From: Vulcanimicrobiaceae bacterium
GTDB lineage: Bacteria > Vulcanimicrobiota > Vulcanimicrobiia > Vulcanimicrobiales > Vulcanimicrobiaceae
Direction: 5' to 3'
Assembly (NCBI GenBank): GCA_035652755.1
Contig: DASRDE010000243.1
Location: 1-59,662 of the forward strand
DNA: 59,662 nt
Part shown: piece by piece, positions 34,950 to 44,478 of the stretch
How positions within the stretch are numbered: position 1 is the stretch's first letter
How the letters are laid out: each line of letters starts with the position of its first letter
Notes under the pieces: generated by a model
Databases searched by the model: none
What the model saw: the letters and a program-made list of their open reading frames with translations, nothing else
Told to the model about the DNA's origin: nothing
Program-made: the position numbers and the translations under genes

Positions 34950-36135
34950 AGCGCAGCGCTTCTATCGGATCCAGGGCCGCGGCGCGGAACGCCGGTGCGG
35001 TGCCGCAACCCAGGGTGACGACCACCGTGAAGACGATCGTGGTCAGCGCCGCTTGAAACCATGGGATCGGCGGCGTGTAGCCGGTCAATTTGGCTATGGC
35101 CAGAGAGTTGACCGTCGTACCGATCAGCAGCCCGAATGCCAGCCCCAGGCCGCATCCGATGCCGCAGAGCACGAGCGCTTCGATGAAGAACTGCCAGAGG
35201 ATCTGCGAGCGCGTCGCCCCGATCGCTTTGCGAACGCCGATCTCGCGCGTACGCTCGGTCACCGAGACCAGCAGAATGTTCATGATGCCGATGCCCGCGA
35301 CGAGCAGCGATATCGCGCCGATAAACGCGACCACGAACGTCATCACGCCGAAGATGCCGTTGATGCCCTTGGTGAGCTGCGCCTTGTCGAAGGTATTATA
35401 CTCGAGCCGCTGGTTGCCGCGCAGCCGCCGCAGTTCTTGGATCGCCGCTACTTCCGTGACACTCATCGACGAGGGATCGTTGACGATAATGCGCGCGGCG
35501 CCTACGCGTTCGCCCCGCACGTAATCCCGCAGCAGCGTCGTGTACGGCGCCGAGACGTCGCCGCTGAAATTCAGTTGGATGAGGCCCTGTCGCGGGGCGG
35601 CGAGCACGCCGACGACGACGTAGCGGTGATCGCCGACGTACAGGCTTTTGCCCACCGGATCGGCGCCGTCCGGGAAGAGTTTCTTGAAAGCACGATCCGA
35701 GATGACCGCGACGTGCCGCTCGGCCGCGATCTCGTCCTGCGTGAAGCGGCGTCCGAATTGCAGCGGCGCATTGCTGAACGGCTCGAGCGGCTCGCCCGCT
35801 ATGGTATAGCGGGCTTGCAGGTGTCCGTTGCGCACGAGGTCGCTTTCGTCGACGAGCGGGATTGCCGTTTTCACGTTGGGCATCTGCGCCAGCTGGAGAA
35901 TGTCCGAGCGCGTCACGGCGGCTTTGAGCGCATTGGCCTGCGTCGTGCTTGGAAAGACGATGAAGGAGTCGTCCGTCATGTTGCCCAGCGCGCCGTTGAG
36001 CGCGCCGGACATGCTCTTGCCCAGGACCTGGATGGCGATGACGGACATGACACCGATCACCAAACCCGTCACGGTCAGCAGCGAGCGGACCTTGTTGCCG
36101 AAGATGACGCTGAGCGCTTCCTCGAAGTGCATCAT
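34942..36135 (-). CDS. FtsX/MacB-type ABC permease (copy 2)
   Basis: Start set at ATG 36135. N-terminal TM, periplasmic MacB_PCD-like domain, and a C-terminal FtsX domain with TERTREIGVRKAIGA. Confidence 0.88.
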   Translation of the reverse strand: MMHFEEALSVIFGNKVRSLLTVTGLVIGVMSVIAIQVLGKSMSGALNGALGNMTDDSFIVFPSTTQANALKAAVTRSDILQLAQMPNVKTAIPLVDESDLVRNGHLQARYTIAGEPLEPFSNAPLQFGRRFTQDEIAAERHVAVISDRAFKKLFPDGADPVGKSLYVGDHRYVVVGVLAAPRQGLIQLNFSGDVSAPYTTLLRDYVRGERVGAARIIVNDPSSMSVTEVAAIQELRRLRGNQRLEYNTFDKAQLTKGINGIFGVMTFVVAFIGAISLLVAGIGIMNILLVSVTERTREIGVRKAIGATRSQILWQFFIEALVLCGIGCGLGLAFGLLIGTTVNSLAIAKLTGYTPPIPWFQAALTTIVFTVVVTLGCGTAPAFRAAALDPIEALRYE

Positions 36136-36145
36136 GGCAATTGGC

Positions 36146-37336
36146 TCACGAGCGCAGCGCCTCGATCGGATCCATATTTGCGGCTCGCCAAGCGGGATAC
36201 ATTCCGAAGAGCATTCCGACCGCCCCTGAGAAGGCGATCGCAATCGCAACGATCAGCACGTAGGGAATGATGACGGTTCCAATCGTTTTGCTGATGAACT
36301 CCGCTCCGCCGATCGTGATGAGCAGCCCCAGGAGCATCCCGGTGCCGCCGCCGGCGAGCGCGAGCAGCAAGGCCTCCATGAGAAATTGCAGCGCGATGTC
36401 GTTGCGGCTGGCGCCGATCGACTTGCGAATGCCGATCTCGCGCGTGCGTTCCGTGACCGAGACGAGCATAATGTTCATGATGCCGATGCCGGCGACGACG
36501 AGTGCGACGCCGCCGATTGCCGCCAGACCGGTGCCGATAATGGCCAGTACCTTCTCGAACGTCTGCACCTGCGCCGCGCCGTTTTGGACGAAGTACTGCG
36601 CGTGCGGACCGTGTATATGCTGCAGTGCCTTTCGGGTGGCGGCGATGACTTCGTCGGCCTGCGCGGCGGATTTCGGATAGACCAGCAGGTTGTCGATGGG
36701 GCCGGGGTCGATCGCGTGAAGCGTCGAGTACGGAATCGCAGCCGTATTCGATCCGGCGAACGTGTTGAAGAACGATCCGCTCAGCGGCGAGTACACGCCG
36801 ATGACGGTAAAGCGACCGCCGTTGATGCGCACGTCTTTCCCCGTCGCAGGAACGTTCCCGAAAAGCGCCTTCTCGACGTCGGGGGTGATCAGCGTCACGT
36901 GCGCGGCCGACTCCACGTCGTCCAAATTGATGTGACGCCCTTCCTGGAGCGCGCCGGTGTCGTAGCGGTCGCCGTCGGATTGAACGTCCAAATACTGCTG
37001 CTTGCTGCCGTACCGCACGAGCCACTTGCGGTCCGAATAGGGCAGGACGTAGTCGGCGAGATCGCCGAGTTCGGCGCGCACTCGCGCCGCGTCGCGGTAC
37101 TGCATCTGCGCGAACTGGGGATAGTTTTGCGTCGGATCGACGATCGCGATGATCGGCAACTGACCGAACGAGGCGAAGGTCGCCGCGATGCCGCTGGTCG
37201 CGCCTTTGCTGATGCCGAAGACGGCGATGATCGAGGCGGTGCCGATGATCATCCCGAGCGTCGTCAGGAAGGAGCGCGTGCGATTGCGCCAGAGCGCAGC
37301 GGACGCTTCGGCCGCGTACGCGAGCAGCCGGGTCAC
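36146..37336 (-). CDS. FtsX/MacB-type ABC permease (copy 1)
   Basis: 396 aa with the same architecture (TERTREIGIRKSIGA). 4-nt overlap with the adaptor gene. Confidence 0.88.
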   Translation of the reverse strand: MTRLLAYAAEASAALWRNRTRSFLTTLGMIIGTASIIAVFGISKGATSGIAATFASFGQLPIIAIVDPTQNYPQFAQMQYRDAARVRAELGDLADYVLPYSDRKWLVRYGSKQQYLDVQSDGDRYDTGALQEGRHINLDDVESAAHVTLITPDVEKALFGNVPATGKDVRINGGRFTVIGVYSPLSGSFFNTFAGSNTAAIPYSTLHAIDPGPIDNLLVYPKSAAQADEVIAATRKALQHIHGPHAQYFVQNGAAQVQTFEKVLAIIGTGLAAIGGVALVVAGIGIMNIMLVSVTERTREIGIRKSIGASRNDIALQFLMEALLLALAGGGTGMLLGLLITIGGAEFISKTIGTVIIPYVLIVAIAIAFSGAVGMLFGMYPAWRAANMDPIEALRS

Positions 37337-38631
37337 GTAGAGGCGGGTGCGGGCGGCGGCGAGCCGGAGGCAATGCTGACCGGTTGGCGGTCCGTAAGGC
37401 CCGGAGTCTTTTGCGCTACGATCGTGTCGCCCGCAACTATACCCGAGACCACGATCGTCTGCGTGTCGCCGGATGCGCCGGTCCTGACCGAGGTCTTGCG
37501 CGCAATTCCTTTTCGGACGACGTACACGTACTGCTTTCCGTTCTCCGAGACGATGGCGTCGCTCGGAATCAGCAGTGCATTCTTGACGTCGGAGGTCACG
37601 ATGTCGACGTCAACGGTCATGCCGTCGCGCAGATAGCTGGGCGAGCTGTCCAGGCTGATAGTCGTGAGCACCTGCCGAGCGGTGCTCGACGCGTCCGTCG
37701 ACTTGGTCGCGACCGGCGAGATGTCCGCGACGCGCCCGGCAATGTGTTTTCCGGGGAAGTCTTCGCCCGAAACCACCGCGCGCTGCCCAACGTGTACGTT
37801 GATGATGTCTTGTTCGTCGACCTGGGCTTTGACCGTATATCCGCCGCTCGCGGCGATCGTGAACAGCGCTTGACCAGCGGTAACGGGGTCGCCGGCGCGC
37901 AAGTTGGTCAGCTGATCGTTGGGCTGGGTTGCGACGGACTGGATGACGCCGTCGAACGGAGCGGTGATGCGCGTGAATGCGAGCTGCTGCTGGTTGGCCG
38001 AATTGACGATCGCCATCTTACGCGCGTTGGCTTCGGCCATCTGCACGCTGTCCTGAGAGTATCCCGTCACCGCGCCCAAGTGTTCTTGCCGCATGGCCTG
38101 ATCGTATTGGACCTGCGCCTGTTCGAGTTTGGCGCGGTCGGTGTCGACCTGGTTGCGCGCGATCGCCTTATTCGCGTAGAGCGCGGCATCGGCGTTGTAG
38201 ACGCGCCGTGCCTCGTTCAGGTTCGAGAGTGCGGTCTGCACGTCGGCGTGGTACGTCACCTGTGCATTTTGCGAATTGGTGCGCGCGGTCTGAATGCTCG
38301 CTTCGGCCTGCTCGTAGTCTGCTTGCGAGCTGGCGGCGTTGGAGGCGAGAGTGGGATTCTCGATCGTGGCGAGCAGCTCGCCGGCCGAAACCGCATCGCC
38401 GGCCTTGACGTTGATGACCCCGATGTTCCCCGCGACGAGCGTGGGAATCGTGGCCGTGCGCGGCCGCTGGACGACGCCGTTCTCCGGCAATTTCGTCTCG
38501 AAGACGCCGCGTTTTACGGTGACGGTGTGCACGGCCATTTTGGCGCCGCTCGAGCCGTGAAAGTATTTTGCCAGCGCGAGCACGGCGCCCACCGCTAGAA
38601 CGATGCCCAGTAATATCGCAAGTCGTTTCAT
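37333..38631 (-). CDS. Periplasmic efflux adaptor (HlyD/MacA membrane-fusion family)
   Basis: 432 aa. N-terminal anchor, lipoyl-like hairpin halves (VKAGDAVSAGELLATIE ... AGDPVTAGQALFTI), a long coiled coil and a beta-barrel domain. Confidence 0.88.
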   Translation of the reverse strand: MKRLAILLGIVLAVGAVLALAKYFHGSSGAKMAVHTVTVKRGVFETKLPENGVVQRPRTATIPTLVAGNIGVINVKAGDAVSAGELLATIENPTLASNAASSQADYEQAEASIQTARTNSQNAQVTYHADVQTALSNLNEARRVYNADAALYANKAIARNQVDTDRAKLEQAQVQYDQAMRQEHLGAVTGYSQDSVQMAEANARKMAIVNSANQQQLAFTRITAPFDGVIQSVATQPNDQLTNLRAGDPVTAGQALFTIAASGGYTVKAQVDEQDIINVHVGQRAVVSGEDFPGKHIAGRVADISPVATKSTDASSTARQVLTTISLDSSPSYLRDGMTVDVDIVTSDVKNALLIPSDAIVSENGKQYVYVVRKGIARKTSVRTGASGDTQTIVVSGIVAGDTIVAQKTPGLTDRQPVSIASGSPPPAPAST

Positions 38632-38637
38632 CGGTTC

Positions 38638-39924
38638 CTACAGGTCGGCCACGGCGGAATGAGGGTCGTAAATGCCGAGCGCCACGCGAAGTTTCACCAC
38701 AGCGTCGGCATAGGCAACGCGCGCGTTGTACAAGTCGGCTTGAGCCGAGAGTGCGGACTGTTGACGCTGCTGCACGTCCACGAGCGTGATGAGTCCGTGC
38801 GCGTACTGCAGCTGCGCGACCCGCGCCGCCTCGACGGCGTAGCGGCTCTCTTGCTGTGCCGACGCAAGTTGAGCCAGCGCGGTGAGCGCCGCGCGGTACT
38901 GCTGGCGCACGTCGAGCTCGACCTGACCGCGCGCCGAGTCCAGCGCAGTCTGAGCGACGGCGATCTGCTCGTTCAAATTGCGGTGGTTTTCGGCCCGCGT
39001 GCCCCAATCGACCAGGGGAAGCGTGATCGTCGAGGTCACGCCGAGCAGCCAATACCCGGGCGTGCCGCGCGGTGCGTTCGCCTGCGCCGCCAGGGTGGGC
39101 GAAAACTGGTTTCCGATCTGCGCGAAGGTCTGAATCTGCGGATAGAGATCGGTATCGGCCGACCGCCGGTTGGTCCGGGCAATCTGCACGCCCTCGAACG
39201 CCGACGCAACCTCGGGCCGGTTCGACTGCGCGATGCGCATGAGCGCATCGAGTCCCTGCCCGGGCAGCGGCGGCTGCGGCACGTTGTCGGGAATCCCGAA
39301 CTGCGTGCCCAGAGGTGCGCCGATGCTTTGCGCCAGCGACTCTCGCGAGTTTTCCGTATCGGCCTGGGCGGACTCGAGCGCATAACGGCTGCGCGCTTGC
39401 GCCGCCCGGGCGCTCAACACGTCGACACCGGCGGCGACGCCGGCGCTTTCTTTGACTTGGGCGACGCGAAGCAACTCGGTCTGGTACGCCAGGTCGCCTT
39501 CGTCCAAGCGGACCGTTTCGTATTTGCCCGCCAAGCCGAAGTATGCGTCCGTTACCGAGTCGGTGATCTGCTTTTGGGTCTGCGAGAGGTTTGCGCGCGC
39601 TTGTTCAAGCTGCTGCTTTGCCAGCAACGACTGAAAGAATGCCAAACCGCCGTTGAACGTATACGTGGTTCCGAGCGAAACGCTGTTCTGCGAGAAGATC
39701 GATTGCCCGGGCGCACCGATGATGGAGTAGTTGGAGTAGTTTTGCGACTTCTGCATCTGATTCTGCAGCTGTCCCTGCACCGGCGGCAGGGTCTGCGCGC
39801 GAGCGCGCACGTATTGGGATTGCGCTTGTGCCACCAGGCCTTGCTGCTGCGCGATCGTGACGTTGTGGCTCATCGCGTAGTCTATCGCTTGTGCCAGCGT
39901 CATCGCCAGCGCCAACAGGTGCAT
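38638..39924 (-). CDS. TolC-like outer-membrane efflux protein lacking an obvious signal peptide
   Basis: 428 aa with the two-repeat OEP architecture. The N-terminus MHLLALAMTLAQAIDYAMSHN goes almost directly into the conserved mature-domain motif. Confidence 0.85.
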   Translation of the reverse strand: MHLLALAMTLAQAIDYAMSHNVTIAQQQGLVAQAQSQYVRARAQTLPPVQGQLQNQMQKSQNYSNYSIIGAPGQSIFSQNSVSLGTTYTFNGGLAFFQSLLAKQQLEQARANLSQTQKQITDSVTDAYFGLAGKYETVRLDEGDLAYQTELLRVAQVKESAGVAAGVDVLSARAAQARSRYALESAQADTENSRESLAQSIGAPLGTQFGIPDNVPQPPLPGQGLDALMRIAQSNRPEVASAFEGVQIARTNRRSADTDLYPQIQTFAQIGNQFSPTLAAQANAPRGTPGYWLLGVTSTITLPLVDWGTRAENHRNLNEQIAVAQTALDSARGQVELDVRQQYRAALTALAQLASAQQESRYAVEAARVAQLQYAHGLITLVDVQQRQQSALSAQADLYNARVAYADAVVKLRVALGIYDPHSAVADL

Positions 39925-39927
39925 CCG

Positions 39928-40656
39928 CTATCTGGCGAACAACGCAATGAGCGCGCCGCTCACGACCAGGACCGCGACGCCGCATGCGGCACCGATGGCT
40001 TTTGAGGTCCGCGCAACGTAGATCATGGCCATCGCTACGAGAACTGCGCTCCAAATACCCGTGACGTTAAAGGGCGCCAGAAACGCGGTCATTTTGAGAC
40101 CGGCGCCCGGCACCAGCCAGGCCAAGCTCGGCATTGCCCGGTAAGCGTCGGCCATCGAGCCGTAGCTCGAGGCGCCGCGTACCATCGCAATCAGGCCGTT
40201 GATCAGCGAGTAGATACCGAACGAAACGATGCTGATATTCACCGAGGCGCACCACAGCTGCTTGAAACCGGCATCGCCTCTGCCGATCGCTTTGAAGATC
40301 AGCATGACGACCGCCGTCAGCAGGCATGCGATGAGCAGCGTGATCGGCGAGAACAGCCACGACCACTTCACGAACCCGAGTGCGATATTGAGCTGATTCT
40401 GCTGCTGCTCGGGCGACATGCCGGCAAGCGCCGGGTTCGCGGCGACTTGCGCCGGCCAGCTCATCTGAAACGCGTGAACGGTCGCGGGGGTCGCCAGATA
40501 CTGGCCGATCGCGCCAAGTACCGCACTAATGAGGAGAGCCCATCCCCATGTGGGCGCGGTCCGCAGCGTTTCGAACGCCTCCCGCGGCGCCGTGATAACG
40601 TTCAGGGCGGTGTTCGCCCCGTTGACCTTGGGAGCGGTGGACGTGGAAACACTCAT
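39928..40656 (-). CDS. Yip1-domain-like five-TM membrane protein
   Basis: Start set at ATG 40656 (AGGAGAG upstream). 242 aa with five hydrophobic helices and a ~45-aa loop after TM1. The upstream part of the track ORF is Arg/Ser/Thr-rich non-coding-like sequence. Confidence 0.7.
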   Translation of the reverse strand: MSVSTSTAPKVNGANTALNVITAPREAFETLRTAPTWGWALLISAVLGAIGQYLATPATVHAFQMSWPAQVAANPALAGMSPEQQQNQLNIALGFVKWSWLFSPITLLIACLLTAVVMLIFKAIGRGDAGFKQLWCASVNISIVSFGIYSLINGLIAMVRGASSYGSMADAYRAMPSLAWLVPGAGLKMTAFLAPFNVTGIWSAVLVAMAMIYVARTSKAIGAACGVAVLVVSGALIALFAR

Positions 40657-40763
40657 CTGCGTCTCTCCTGCTTCGTCGCTCAAAGAAAGCGTGCCGCCCG
40701 ATACTACGGACAGCACGCTTGTTTGTTTCGCGGCAGGACGGCCCTCTAACCCTTCGGCCGTTT

Positions 40764-41030
40764 TTAGGATTTCAGCAGTTCCTCGACGGGTATTCGCCGC
40801 TCGACGGCGCGACGCACGCGTTCGAGATGCTGCGCTCGAAGTTCGAGCAATTTCAATTGAAGGATGATCTTCGCGCGGCGCAGGGCTCGGATCGAATACA
40901 GGTCGCGCGCGGTCGCGGCGGCGGCTGCGGGCGCCGGTTTTGGATGCGGACGTGCCGGCGCGGGGCTTGCGGAGCCCAGGGCCAAGGTTAGCGCCAACGC
41001 CGCGGAATAACGGAAGTCCATGCCCGCCAT
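40764..41030 (-). CDS. Possible small secreted coiled-coil protein (weak call)
   Basis: 88-aa ORF with signal-like MDFRYSAALALTLALGSASPAPA, then a helical Arg/Leu-rich segment. No clear SD. It fills an otherwise empty ~400-nt gap. Confidence 0.3.
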   Translation of the reverse strand: MAGMDFRYSAALALTLALGSASPAPARPHPKPAPAAAAATARDLYSIRALRRAKIILQLKLLELRAQHLERVRRAVERRIPVEELLKS

Positions 41031-41065
41031 TCACGCGATCGGCCCGCCTGGGCAACACCCGTCCG

Positions 41066-42769
41066 ATGGTTAACGGCCCGGCCAGCGCTCTGGTCGTTCC
41101 CGCCCCGCCGCCGGAACCGTTCGTGCGCATCGTGCCCTTGGGCGGCTGCGGTGAGATCGGGCGCAACATGACCGTAATCGAGACGGCCAACGACATCGTC
41201 GCCGTCGACTGCGGTTTGATGTTCCCCGACGAAGAGATGTACGGGGTCGATATCGTCATCAACGATTTCACGTACCTGCGGGAGCGCGCCGGGAAATTCC
41301 GCGCGCTCTTGGTCACGCACGGGCACGAAGATCACATCGGGGGCATCCCGTACCTGCTGCGGGAGTTCAACGTGCCCGTCGTAGGGACGCCGCTGACCAA
41401 TGCGCTGATCAAGGCCAAATCGCGCGACCACAAGATGATGGGCGAGGCGCAGTTCGTCACCGTGCAGCCCGGAGAACGCGTGCGTTACGGCGAGATCGAA
41501 GCCGAGTTCGTTCACATCAACCATTCCGTCTCGGGCTCGTGCTCGCTCGCCCTGCGGACGCCCGTCGGCACGATCTTCCATACCGGCGACTTCAAGTTCG
41601 ATCAAACCCCCATCGACGGAAAGCCCGCCGACTTTGCCGCCATCGCGCGCATCGGCGACGAGGGCGTCCTCTGCATGCTCTCGGATAGCACGAATGCCGA
41701 ACGCCCGGGGCACACGCTCTCCGAACGCATCGTCGGCGAGGCTTTCACGAACGTCTTTTCGCACGCGAAGGGGCGTATCATCGTCGCTTCTTTCGCCTCA
41801 AACGTCCCGCGAATCCAGCAGGTGATCGACCACGCGATCCTCTTCGATCGCAAGATCGCGTTCTTGGGGCGTTCGCTGACCAACGTCGTACACTTCGCGT
41901 CGGAACTCGGGTATTTGCGCGTGCCGGCCGAACGCACGATCCGCATCGAAGAAGCCGACGCGTATCCGCCCGAAAAAGTCGTGGTGATGACGACCGGCTC
42001 CCAAGGCGAGCCGATGAGCGCACTCACGCGCATGTCCGTCCGCGATCACGCAAAGTTCAAGATCGTGCCCGGAGACACCGTCGTCATCAGCGCGACGCCG
42101 ATTCCCGGCAACGAGAAAGGCGTGTACAAGACGATCAACAACCTGTACCGCCTAGGTGCGACCGTCGTGCACGGCACCGACGGAAAATCGCACGTGTCGG
42201 GTCACGCCTCGCAAGAGGAGCTGCTGCTCATGCTCAATCTGGTGCGGCCGGAATTCTTCGTTCCGGTTCACGGTGAGTACCGCATGCTCGTGCAGCACGG
42301 AAAACTTGCCGCCAGAACGGGCGTCGATCCGCAGAACGTCTTCGTCGTCGAGAACGGCGACGTGCTCGAGTTTACGGGCGAGTACGGCGACAAGATCGGC
42401 AAGACGTACGGCGGACACGTCTTCGTGGACGGCTCGAGCGTCGGCGACGTCGGCGAAGCGGTGCTGCGCGACCGGCGTCTGCTTGCCGCCGACGGCTTCA
42501 TGATGGTCGTCGTCACGATCGACAGCGAAGAGGCGCGCGTGATCGCCGGCCCGGATTTGGTCTCCCGCGGCGTGTTCTACGTGCCGGATTCCGACGGCGT
42601 GATGGAGGAGCTTCGCGGCGAACTGGTGGCGCTGATTCAAGAGGTATCGACCGAGGGCATTCGCGACGTAAACACCGTCAAGGAGCATATCCGCAACGGT
42701 CTGTCGCGGTCGATTCACGCGCGCTACAAGCGCCGGCCCGTTATCGTTCCCGTCGTGATGGAGGTGTAG
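41066..42769 (+). CDS. rnj: Ribonuclease J
   Basis: Start set at ATG 41066. Metallo-beta-lactamase motif HGHEDHIGG, beta-CASP domain and a C-terminal domain. Confidence 0.93.
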   Translation: MVNGPASALVVPAPPPEPFVRIVPLGGCGEIGRNMTVIETANDIVAVDCGLMFPDEEMYGVDIVINDFTYLRERAGKFRALLVTHGHEDHIGGIPYLLREFNVPVVGTPLTNALIKAKSRDHKMMGEAQFVTVQPGERVRYGEIEAEFVHINHSVSGSCSLALRTPVGTIFHTGDFKFDQTPIDGKPADFAAIARIGDEGVLCMLSDSTNAERPGHTLSERIVGEAFTNVFSHAKGRIIVASFASNVPRIQQVIDHAILFDRKIAFLGRSLTNVVHFASELGYLRVPAERTIRIEEADAYPPEKVVVMTTGSQGEPMSALTRMSVRDHAKFKIVPGDTVVISATPIPGNEKGVYKTINNLYRLGATVVHGTDGKSHVSGHASQEELLLMLNLVRPEFFVPVHGEYRMLVQHGKLAARTGVDPQNVFVVENGDVLEFTGEYGDKIGKTYGGHVFVDGSSVGDVGEAVLRDRRLLAADGFMMVVVTIDSEEARVIAGPDLVSRGVFYVPDSDGVMEELRGELVALIQEVSTEGIRDVNTVKEHIRNGLSRSIHARYKRRPVIVPVVMEV

Positions 42770-42772
42770 ATC

Positions 42773-43072
42773 GTGAGCACGCGCAGAGCATTTTTGGCCG
42801 CCGCGGCATCGACGGCGCTGGCGGGAGCGGCGCCACCTTCGCCCGGACCGACGCAGTCGCCTCCGCCGCCGAAGGCGCCGAAGGTGTCGGCCGCAGCCCG
42901 CGCGCTGGCTGAATCGATGCGTACGTTCGACCGCGCGCTCTCCTCCGGCGACGTCGAAACGATCGCGCGCAACATCGACGGAAATCTCAAGCTCGGCGCG
43001 GCGATCGATCCGAAAGGCCGCGCGCTGCGCAACTGGGACGAACCGGCCACCGTGTTCGAGGCGACGGAATGA
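42773..43072 (+). CDS. Small Tat-signal protein coupled to the amidase
   Basis: 99 aa, GTG start. Twin-arginine motif S-T-R-R-A-F-L, then an Ala-rich h-region, a Pro-rich linker and a ~55-aa domain. Its stop overlaps the amidase ATG (ATGA). Confidence 0.65.
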   Translation: MSTRRAFLAAAASTALAGAAPPSPGPTQSPPPPKAPKVSAAARALAESMRTFDRALSSGDVETIARNIDGNLKLGAAIDPKGRALRNWDEPATVFEATE

Positions 43073-44472
43073 ACTCCGAAGACCTGGCCTTCTCCGACGC
43101 GACGGCCATCGGCAAGGCGATCGCGCGCAAAAGCCTTTCGTCGGTGGAGGTCACGAAGCTCTATCTGGATCGCTTGGAGCGGTTCGGCAAGACGTACGGC
43201 GCCGTCGTGACGATCATGCACGAACGCGCCCTGCGCGAAGCTCGGGCTGCGGACAAGGAAATCGCAGCCGGACGCACGCGCGGACCTCTGCACGGCGTGC
43301 CTTACGGCGTGAAGGATCTGCTCGCGGCTGTCGGTGCTCCGACGACGTGGGGCGCCGCCCCGTACCGCGATCAGGTCTTCGACTACGATGCCACTGTCGT
43401 CAAGCGGCTGCAGGCGGCGGGCGCCGTCCTGTGCGCGAAGCTCGCGATGGTCGAACTGGCGGGCGGCTTCGGCTACAACGAGGCCGATGCTTCATTTACC
43501 GGGCCTGGGCGCACGCCGTGGAACCGCAATTATTGGAGCGGCGGTTCGTCGAGCGGACCCGGCGCGGCGACGTCGGCAGGCCTGGTCGGGTTCTCAATCG
43601 GTTCGGAAACGAACGGCTCGATCATGGTTCCGTCAGCGTACTGCGGCGTGAGCGGATTGCGTCCGACGTACGGCCGCGTGAGCCGGCACGGCGCCATGGC
43701 GCTGATGTGGACCTCGGACAAGCTCGGCCCGATCTGCCGTTCCGCGCGCGATACCGACACGGTGCTGCGCGCGATTGCCGGCGCCGACGCCAACGATGCA
43801 ACGTCACGCGACAAGCCGTTCGGCGGCGTGCGGGGCCGCAGGCCGAAGCTCGCCATCGTCAAGGGCGCGACGGCCAAGTCGCAGCCCGAAGTCGTGCGCA
43901 ACTTCGAAGCCTCGCTGCACGTGCTTTCCGAGTTTTGCGATCTCGTGCCCGACGTTCCGCTGCCCACGGGCGATTACACCGACGTCTTTACCGCAGTTTT
44001 TAACGGCGAGTGCGCCAGTGCGTTTCGCGACCTGATCGAAAGCGGGCGATCGCGCGAGCTGCAGTCGCCTTCCGACAAGCTCGGCGGTTACGCCGTTTAC
44101 GGTTCGCTGGCGGTGGACTACGTGGACGGAATGCGGCTTCGCGCCCTGTTGAACCGCGCGGTGGTCCGAGCGATGGAGCCGTACGACGCGATCGTGCACC
44201 CGACGCTTTCGACCGTCGCGCTGCCGATCGACTTGCCGTTCGACAAGGCGTATCCCAAGTATCCCGGCGTCCTCGACATGGGCAGCGTCGGCAACCTTAC
44301 GGGCCTGCCGTCCATCAGCGTTCCGAACGGTCTGGGCGAGAATCACTTGCCGACCGGCCTCGCCCTGCTCGGCAAAGCCTGGGGAGAAGCGACGCTCACG
44401 CAGATTGCCAAAGCGTATCAAGCGCGCACGTCCTTTCATCTTCGAAGGCCGGCGCTCGTTACCGCTCCGTAG
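43069..44472 (+). CDS. Amidase-signature family amidase (GatA-like)
   Basis: 467 aa. GVKDL Lys context and the AS signature GGSSSGPGAATSAGLVGFSIGSETNGS. No N-terminal signal peptide. Confidence 0.92.
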   Translation: MNSEDLAFSDATAIGKAIARKSLSSVEVTKLYLDRLERFGKTYGAVVTIMHERALREARAADKEIAAGRTRGPLHGVPYGVKDLLAAVGAPTTWGAAPYRDQVFDYDATVVKRLQAAGAVLCAKLAMVELAGGFGYNEADASFTGPGRTPWNRNYWSGGSSSGPGAATSAGLVGFSIGSETNGSIMVPSAYCGVSGLRPTYGRVSRHGAMALMWTSDKLGPICRSARDTDTVLRAIAGADANDATSRDKPFGGVRGRRPKLAIVKGATAKSQPEVVRNFEASLHVLSEFCDLVPDVPLPTGDYTDVFTAVFNGECASAFRDLIESGRSRELQSPSDKLGGYAVYGSLAVDYVDGMRLRALLNRAVVRAMEPYDAIVHPTLSTVALPIDLPFDKAYPKYPGVLDMGSVGNLTGLPSISVPNGLGENHLPTGLALLGKAWGEATLTQIAKAYQARTSFHLRRPALVTAP

Positions 44473-44478
44473 CCGCGC

